Both the position numbers and the translations under genes were made by a program. The notes under the pieces were generated by a model. It was given only the letters and a program-made list of their open reading frames with translations. It was not told the origin of the DNA and searched no databases. Below, piece after piece: positions 57,796-64,000 of a stretch of DNA of 64,000 nt. This stretch comes from an uncultured Candidatus Saccharibacteria bacterium (GTDB lineage: Bacteria > Patescibacteriota > Minisyncoccia > Phycocordibacterales > UBA12445): assembly GCA_964531375.1 (NCBI GenBank), contig CAZHDO010000002.1, positions 21,469-85,468 on the forward strand. Direction: 5' to 3'. The first letter of the stretch is position 1, and each line of letters starts with the position of its first letter.

Positions 57796-60180
57796 ATGAT
57801 TGAGAAAAAACACAAAAGACGCTTAGTTCTTCTTGATGTGCATGCGATATTACATCGTGCTTATCATGCTTTGCCTGATTTTACTAGTTCAAAGGGGGAG
57901 CCGACTGGGGGGCTTTATGGGCTTTGTTTAATGATTATAAAAATAGTTAGTGATTTAAAGCCAGATTATGTTGTGGCTTGTTTTGATTTGCCTGAGCCAA
58001 CTTTTCGAAAACAGATGTATGATGAGTATAAGGCTGGGAGAAAGAAAACAGATGAAGCTTTGGTTAAGCAAATAATTCGTTCTAGGGAGGTATTTGAGGC
58101 TTTTAATATTCCAATGTATGAAAAGGCGGGTTTTGAGGCGGACGATATGATTGGGACGATCGCAGAGGTCGCTAAGAAGGAAGAAGATTTGCAGGTGGTT
58201 ATTGCTTCTGGTGATTTGGATACCACCCAGCTTATTGAAGATGATAAGGTCGTGGTCTATACACTTCATAAAGGAATTAAAGATACAGTTATTTATAATG
58301 AAAAAGGGATAGAGGAAAGATATGGTTTTGCACCTAAATTTATGGTGGACTTCAAGGGACTTCGTGGTGACCCTTCAGATAATATAATGGGAATAAAAGG
58401 AATTGGGGAAAAGACTGCTGAAATTTTAATAAAAAGTTTTGGAACAATCGAAGGAATTTATGAAGCGCTTCGAAAAGATGAAAATCTTTTGCTTGAGGCT
58501 GGTGTAAAACAGAGAATGATCGAGCTTTTGAAGGAAGGGGAAGAAGAGGCTATGTTTTCAAAGAAGCTTGCGACAATAAGGAGAGACGCACCAATAGACT
58601 TTTCTTTATCAGAAAAAAGATGGGAAGATGGATTGGAGTTAGAAAAGGTTAAAAAATTATTTGCAGAGCTTGAGTTTCGAACACTCGGCCCAAGACTCGA
58701 GCAATACTTGGGTAAAGGAAATGGAGATTTAGGTTTTATTGGTTCAAATAAGGAAACAGAGAGTGTTGCTATGGAAGAAATTGAGCCAGTCAGATTAAAG
58801 AAGGCGTTTATCGCTCTTTGGCTTATTAATTCTGAATTTACAAATCCGTCGGTAGAGGATTTATATGCTTTTGCAGATACAAGGAACTTTGATGAAGTAG
58901 AGAAAAAACTCACAGAAAGGTTAAAAAAGGATAATTTGGAAAGGGTCTATTTTGAGATAGAGTTGCCTATTATTTCAATAATTGACGATGCAGAAAAAAG
59001 AGGAATTCTTCTTGATGTCGGTTATTTAAAGAAGTTGTCAGAAGATTATCATAAAAAATTAACGATATTAGAAAAAAATATTTGGGAACTTTCTGGCTCT
59101 GAGTTTAATATCAATTCCCCAAAGCAAATGTCGAAAATTCTATTCGAAAAACTCGCTTTATCAAAAAAGGGGATAAAGAAAACAGCAGGTGGTGCTATCT
59201 CCACAAAAGAATCAGAATTAGAAAAATTAAAAGAATTACATCCAATAATTGTGCCAATTCTTGAATATAGGGGAATGCAGAAACTTCTTTCTACTTATAT
59301 AGATAATTTGCCGTTGCTTGTTGATAAAGAAGGCCGACTTCACACTCATTTAAATCAGACAGGCACAACAACAGGTAGAATGTCGTCTACTGAGCCTAAT
59401 TTGCAGAACATTCCAGCGAGGGGTGAATTTGGGTCTGAAGTTAGAAGGGCAATGCTTGCAACTCCAGGATATAAGTTGGCGACATTTGATTATTCACAAA
59501 TCGAGATGAGAGTGCTCGCTTGGCTTACAGGAGACGAGACGCTTATTCAGACATTTAGGGATGGAAAAGACATTCACTCTTCAGTTGCCTCAAAAGTTTT
59601 TGGCGTACCAGAGTCAGAGGTTACAAAAGAAATGCGCCGTCAGGCTAAAGTGATTAATTTTGGAATAATTTATGGAATGGGGGTGAAGGCACTTAAGAAA
59701 AATTTAGGAAGCACTATGGAAGAGGCCGAAAAATTCCACAATAATTATTTTGAAAAATTTCCAAAAGTTAAAGAATATTTTGATAAGACAAAAGAGGACG
59801 CACATAAAAATGGTTATACTGAAACTTTTTTTGGAAGACGTCGATATTTTCCAGATATAAATTCTTCACTTCCTTACATAAGGAGTGAGGCGGAAAGAAT
59901 GGCTATGAATGCGCCAATACAGGGGAGTGCGACGGCGGATATAATAAAAATAGCAATGTCCCATGTCGCAAAAAAGATAGAGGAAAATAAGTTGGGAGAT
60001 AGTGTGCATATTCTTCTACAAGTACACGACGAGCTTCTTTTTGAAATAAAAGATGATGAACATTTGTTAAACACGGTCACCATTATTAAGCATGCGATGG
60101 AAAATGCGGTCTCAATAAATCTTCCTCTTTTGGTAAATGCTTCGATTGGTGACAATTGGAGCGAATTAACAAGTATTTAG
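57796..60180 (+). CDS. polA: DNA polymerase I (3'-5' exonuclease region largely missing)
   Basis: 5' nuclease motifs (RAYHA, EADD, GDPSDN) and PolA motifs (DYSQIE, KVINFGIIYG, QVHDEL); 794 aa. Confidence 0.93.
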   Translation: MIEKKHKRRLVLLDVHAILHRAYHALPDFTSSKGEPTGGLYGLCLMIIKIVSDLKPDYVVACFDLPEPTFRKQMYDEYKAGRKKTDEALVKQIIRSREVFEAFNIPMYEKAGFEADDMIGTIAEVAKKEEDLQVVIASGDLDTTQLIEDDKVVVYTLHKGIKDTVIYNEKGIEERYGFAPKFMVDFKGLRGDPSDNIMGIKGIGEKTAEILIKSFGTIEGIYEALRKDENLLLEAGVKQRMIELLKEGEEEAMFSKKLATIRRDAPIDFSLSEKRWEDGLELEKVKKLFAELEFRTLGPRLEQYLGKGNGDLGFIGSNKETESVAMEEIEPVRLKKAFIALWLINSEFTNPSVEDLYAFADTRNFDEVEKKLTERLKKDNLERVYFEIELPIISIIDDAEKRGILLDVGYLKKLSEDYHKKLTILEKNIWELSGSEFNINSPKQMSKILFEKLALSKKGIKKTAGGAISTKESELEKLKELHPIIVPILEYRGMQKLLSTYIDNLPLLVDKEGRLHTHLNQTGTTTGRMSSTEPNLQNIPARGEFGSEVRRAMLATPGYKLATFDYSQIEMRVLAWLTGDETLIQTFRDGKDIHSSVASKVFGVPESEVTKEMRRQAKVINFGIIYGMGVKALKKNLGSTMEEAEKFHNNYFEKFPKVKEYFDKTKEDAHKNGYTETFFGRRRYFPDINSSLPYIRSEAERMAMNAPIQGSATADIIKIAMSHVAKKIEENKLGDSVHILLQVHDELLFEIKDDEHLLNTVTIIKHAMENAVSINLPLLVNASIGDNWSELTSI

Positions 60181-60205
60181 TATCTAGTATTTTGTATCAT
60201 GTATT
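60171..60205. repeat. heptamer element I (single arm)
   Basis: AAGTATT TAGTATC TAGTATT TTGTATC ATGTATT, containing the polA stop and the next start codon. Confidence 0.75.
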
Positions 60206-60939
60206 ACTTATTTATCGGTAAAGATACTCAAAAAAGCAGAACAAAGATGGGCGAAACCATCTCGGCTTTTTATTCTAAAAATCCAAACTCAAATGTTTTT
60301 AGGGTTTCTTCAGACGATTTTAACGAGAGCGCTTTTTTGGAATATATTGGGGGGCAGAGTTTATTTTCAAATAAGTTTTTAATTTCCGCGGATGGAATAT
60401 TTAAAAATGAAGAAGCAAAGAAATTTATTTTAAAGAATATTAAGGAGATAGTTTCGTCGCATAACGTTTTCGTTTTTTTGGAAGAAAGCTTGAAAAAAGA
60501 TGAATTAACACCTATGAAAGAAAATGCAGAAAAGGTTTTTGACTTTGAATTGTCTTTAGATAAAGAAGGAAAGAAAAGCGATTTCAACCCTTTTGCTGTA
60601 TCAGATGCTTTTGGTGAAAAAGATAAAAAGAAGATTTGGGTTGTTTATCAAAAAGCGCTTAGAGAGGGAATGGCTTCAGAAGAGGTTTTTTGGAAATTTA
60701 CTTGGCAGGTTAAAAATTTACTTCTTGCAAAAATAGCAGAGAAAAAGGGCGATGCGAGTATTGAGGGATTAAAAATAAGCCCATTTGTTATAAAGAAAGC
60801 CAAGAACTATACAAAAAAATTTACTGAAATAGAATTGCTAAATTTTTATAGTCAGTTAATTTCTTTGTATCATGATGCTAGGAGGGGTGTTATGGATTTT
60901 GATACAGCAACAGAGGCATTTATTTTGAATTTGAGGTAG
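60199..60939 (+). CDS. DNA polymerase III delta (HolA)-like protein, short
   Basis: MYYLFIG.D, QSLFS, FAVSDA and SPFVIKK pattern. Confidence 0.65.
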   Translation: MYYLFIGKDTQKSRTKMGETISAFYSKNPNSNVFRVSSDDFNESAFLEYIGGQSLFSNKFLISADGIFKNEEAKKFILKNIKEIVSSHNVFVFLEESLKKDELTPMKENAEKVFDFELSLDKEGKKSDFNPFAVSDAFGEKDKKKIWVVYQKALREGMASEEVFWKFTWQVKNLLLAKIAEKKGDASIEGLKISPFVIKKAKNYTKKFTEIELLNFYSQLISLYHDARRGVMDFDTATEAFILNLR

Positions 60940-60967
60940 GGAGAATTGGGGGGTGGTCTCTATGAGA

Positions 60968-61096
60968 CCAGCAGGATTCTTCCATTACATGGACGGTATA
61001 GCTTTCCCATTTTCTGGGATTTTAAAATCCCAGAAAATAAGGGAGAAGCTTTTCGAATCCTGCGCGAAAGCAAAGCAGTTTGCTTTCTTGGGCGCA
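60968..61096 (-). repeat. post-tRNA element behind tRNA-Lys
   Basis: Split inverted tRNA copy at 61052-61096, 28-bp palindrome at 61010-61037, distal direct copy at 60968-60979. Confidence 0.7.
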
Positions 61097-61127
61097 AAAT
61101 TAAAACACCTTTCGGTGTTTGAATTTG

Positions 61128-61200
61128 TGCGCCCAGCAGGATTCGAACCTGCGACCATTCGCTTAAGAGGCGACTGCTCTACCAACTGAGCTATGGGCGC
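61128..61200 (-). tRNA. tRNA-Lys(CTT)
   Basis: GCGCCCA/TGGGCGC acceptor stem, CTCTTAA anticodon loop, GGTTCGAATCC. Confidence 0.95.
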
Positions 61201-61295
61201 GTTTGTGTAAAAACAATAACAAAAAAGACGTTAATTGTCCACGTTTGACTCTGTTTGGTTGTATATTTCTCTAAATATGTTAAAAACACACTATT

Positions 61296-61787
61296 GTGAA
61301 TAAGGCAAAAATTACGGGAAATGAGGTGTTTTTAATTCTAGATAATATTAGAAGTAACTTTAATGTTGGTTCTATTTTTCGAATAGCGGATTGCGCTGGA
61401 ATAAAGAAGGTCTTTTTGGTTGGCGTAACACCCTCGCCGATTGATCGTTTTGGTAGGGATAACAAGGAACTTAAAAAGGTTTCTCTTGGAGGGGAGAATT
61501 CTGTGTCCTGGGAAAAGGTTTCTTCCGTTTCTCGACTTATTGGAAAATTAAAGAAAGATGGTTTTGAAATCGTTTCACTTGAGCAGGGTGCTAATTCGAT
61601 TGATTATAAAAAATTTAAAATAAAGTCTCCTACTGTAATTATTCTTGGTAACGAAGTTAATGGAATCCCAAAAAATATTTTAGATAAATCAGACAAAACA
61701 ATTGAGATAAAGATGGAAGGTAAAAAAGAGTCGTTAAATGTGGCGGTCGCAACAGCCGTGGTGTTGTTTAGGATATTGGAAATTTAG
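61296..61787 (+). CDS. TrmH/SpoU-family RNA methyltransferase
   Basis: NVGSIFR, LGNEVNG and ESLNVAVA motifs. Confidence 0.9.
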   Translation: MNKAKITGNEVFLILDNIRSNFNVGSIFRIADCAGIKKVFLVGVTPSPIDRFGRDNKELKKVSLGGENSVSWEKVSSVSRLIGKLKKDGFEIVSLEQGANSIDYKKFKIKSPTVIILGNEVNGIPKNILDKSDKTIEIKMEGKKESLNVAVATAVVLFRILEI

Positions 61788-62680
61788 TTATTTAGTTTCT
61801 GATGAGTTTCACAAAAATGTGCACTTCTTCCTCCTACTTTTATTCTGTTTATGAACCCGCCACATCCTCTTTTGGGGCAAATTTCACCTTTTCTTCTGTA
61901 GGCTTTGTGGCATTCTTGAAAGCCGCCTTTCTCGCCGTTTATATTTCTAAAGTCAGACATTGAATCACCCCCCATTTCTATTGATTTTTTTAGTATTGCT
62001 TTTGTCGATTCAAAAATTTTTTTTAATTTATTTTCTGGAATATTTTTAACTTTTTCCATAGGGTGAACTTCAGCTTCCCACAGAACTTCATCTGAATAAA
62101 TGTTTCCAATTCCTGAAATAATTTCTTGATCCATTAAAACTTGTTTTATCTTCCCATTTTCTTTTTTGTTTATTGACTCTTTGAATTTTTTATAGATAAA
62201 ATCTTTTGACATTGGGTCTGGTCCAAGATCTTTTAGATCCTTTGAGCTCAGTTCCTCTCCTTCATTAAATAAAACAACTTTACCAAATTTTCTGACATCA
62301 CTCATCGCAAGTTGTTTACCATTTGAAAGATTGAACATTAGGTGGATGAACCTGTTGTATGGGTCGGATAGGGGGCCGGGAACTTCTGTTTTCCATGGAA
62401 ATTTACCACTATTTTCTTTGTTCCATTTTCCATATAGAAGATGGCCTGTCATTTTCATGTGGAAAAGAATAGTTTTTTCATCGGACAGGTGCATTAAAAT
62501 ATTTTTACCAACTCTTTCTGAGTTTAATATTTTTTTACCAATAACTTCATTTCGAAAAATATCAAATTTTGGATTTTTGATTATTTTTGGCCAGTCGGTC
62601 CAAACATCTTCTATTGTTAGGTTCTTGAGATTGTCGTTTAGACCAAAGACAATATTTGTCACTTCAGGAAGTTCGGGCAT
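61784..62680 (-). CDS. mutM: formamidopyrimidine-DNA glycosylase
   Basis: MPELPEV, HMKMTG, GIGNIY and a C-terminal zinc finger. Confidence 0.95.
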   Translation of the reverse strand: MPELPEVTNIVFGLNDNLKNLTIEDVWTDWPKIIKNPKFDIFRNEVIGKKILNSERVGKNILMHLSDEKTILFHMKMTGHLLYGKWNKENSGKFPWKTEVPGPLSDPYNRFIHLMFNLSNGKQLAMSDVRKFGKVVLFNEGEELSSKDLKDLGPDPMSKDFIYKKFKESINKKENGKIKQVLMDQEIISGIGNIYSDEVLWEAEVHPMEKVKNIPENKLKKIFESTKAILKKSIEMGGDSMSDFRNINGEKGGFQECHKAYRRKGEICPKRGCGGFINRIKVGGRSAHFCETHQKLNN

Positions 62681-62695
62681 AAGTTAGTTGTAAGG

Positions 62696-64000
62696 TTAAT
62701 TTAGAAATTTTTCTTTTGCAAATTTTGTAAGTTCTTCTTCTGCTACTTTTTTGTCGCTCCATTTAATATTTAAGCCATTTTTGCCCATTATAAAAGGATC
62801 AGTTCCTTTGCCTGTGATTATTATGATATCTCCTTTTTTGGCAGACCTTATTGCCTCAGCGATAGCCTCTTTTCTGTCGATGATTATTTTTGGGGTGTGT
62901 TCTTTAACCCCTTCGGCTACGCAAGTAATAATTTCTTCAGGATTGTCATCGTATGGGTCTTCGTTTGTTAAGATTATCTCTTGGCAATTATCATCTGCAA
63001 CTTTGCCCATAAGAGGTCTTTTCCATTTGTCGCGACCACCGCCGCAGCTTCCAAGAACGCAAATCTTTTTTTCATTCTTGAATATTTTGTAAACTTTTTC
63101 CAAAGAATCAGCGGTGTGTGCATAGTCTACAATCACCGAAAAATCAGGAAAGAGTCCCTGTCCAATTGCTTTTCCATTTTTATCTTTTATTTCAGATAAG
63201 TCTATTTGCACCTTTTCCAGTCTTCCGGGAATACTAGAAATTTTCTCAACAGCATCTCTTATTTTTGCAGGGGAGACACCCTGACTCTTGGCGAAGGTTG
63301 CAGCTGCTAAGATATTGTAAACATTAAACTCACCAGGAAGTTTTGTGTGGAACCTTTCTTCGTATATTTTTATATCAGATCCATCTTTCTCTAGGGTGAA
63401 CGGTTTTGCTTCGTTTATTGAATAGGTAAGTTTATTTGGTACGCTTGTGGCCAAAAACTTATTAGCTTCTTTGTCGTCCATGTTTACGATAACCTCTTTG
63501 CTTATTTTACTTGATTTTTCCAGCTGTCTAAGGATTTCCAGCTTTGCAGAGAGATAATTTTCATAAGAACCGTGTGACTCTATGTGTTCAGGAGAAATAT
63601 TTGTAAAGATAAAAGCATTAAGGTCAATGAATTTGTGGCGGAAGTTTTTTGCTCCCTCTGAGGTCATTTCAATTATTGCATAATCACATTTTGCTTCCAC
63701 GGCCTCGCGAAGGAATTTTTGAATAAAAAATCTACCAGGCATTGTCATCTTCATGAGGTTTGGTTGTGTGTTATTTCCGACCTTAAACCTTACCGTCGAC
63801 GCAATCGCGGTTTTGTACCCAGCTTCTTCAAGGATTGCACTTACTATTTCCGCAGTTGTTGATTTTCCTTTTGTTCCCGTAATGCCAACAACAAAAATTT
63901 CTTTAGAGGGGGAGGAGTAGATAATATTTCCCATCCACGAAAGGGAGAAGTGGTAAAGTGGTAGGAACTTATTGATAACATCCTTCGGAATTATATTTTT
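62696..64000 (-). CDS. murE: Mur ligase (MurE-like); start probably beyond the window
   Basis: GITGTKGKST, EHIESH, DYAHT and GKG motifs; the frame stays open to the window edge. Confidence 0.85.
   Translation of the reverse strand, partial: KNIIPKDVINKFLPLYHFSLSWMGNIIYSSPSKEIFVVGITGTKGKSTTAEIVSAILEEAGYKTAIASTVRFKVGNNTQPNLMKMTMPGRFFIQKFLREAVEAKCDYAIIEMTSEGAKNFRHKFIDLNAFIFTNISPEHIESHGSYENYLSAKLEILRQLEKSSKISKEVIVNMDDKEANKFLATSVPNKLTYSINEAKPFTLEKDGSDIKIYEERFHTKLPGEFNVYNILAAATFAKSQGVSPAKIRDAVEKISSIPGRLEKVQIDLSEIKDKNGKAIGQGLFPDFSVIVDYAHTADSLEKVYKIFKNEKKICVLGSCGGGRDKWKRPLMGKVADDNCQEIILTNEDPYDDNPEEIITCVAEGVKEHTPKIIIDRKEAIAEAIRSAKKGDIIIITGKGTDPFIMGKNGLNIKWSDKKVAEEELTKFAKEKFLN

Noticed and set aside
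60953-61189. ORFs overlapping tRNA-Lys, and those overlapping tRNA-Leu
   Set aside because: They are translations of tRNA and trailer sequence.
1-64000. Alternative genetic code (UGA=Gly)
   Set aside because: Conserved genes are full length under the standard code, and TGA ends ORFs at 16202 and 21660.

Overview
AT-rich bacterial chromosome segment. The gene set points to Patescibacteria/CPR (Parcubacteria-like) with the standard genetic code; this is inferred from gene content. It spans the replication origin region (yidC-rnpA-rpmH / dnaA-oriC-dnaN). It also holds a type IV pilus cluster (pilC plus three minor pilins; pilB at 55-57 kb), a ~15 kb CPR-type T4SS-like operon (VirB6-like, PrgI, VirB4-like, pilin-like), housekeeping genes, three tRNAs, two toxin-antitoxin pairs and an accessory stretch at 11-26 kb. 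The main unexplained signal is nine intergenic elements of degenerate 7-bp units (consensus TAGTATT, with inverted AATACTA arms). They often come in runs of five and mostly start at stop codons, and one copy encloses a four-helix-bundle (IVP/Avd-like) gene. Other signals: a shared antisense-tRNA module behind tRNA-His and tRNA-Lys, a 6S-like rod RNA candidate, a TPI homolog lacking its catalytic Glu, a G9 tract splitting a zincin gene, a palindrome-flanked hicBA, and an in-frame palindromic insertion in a secreted protein. All calls come from reading motifs by eye; no searches were run.
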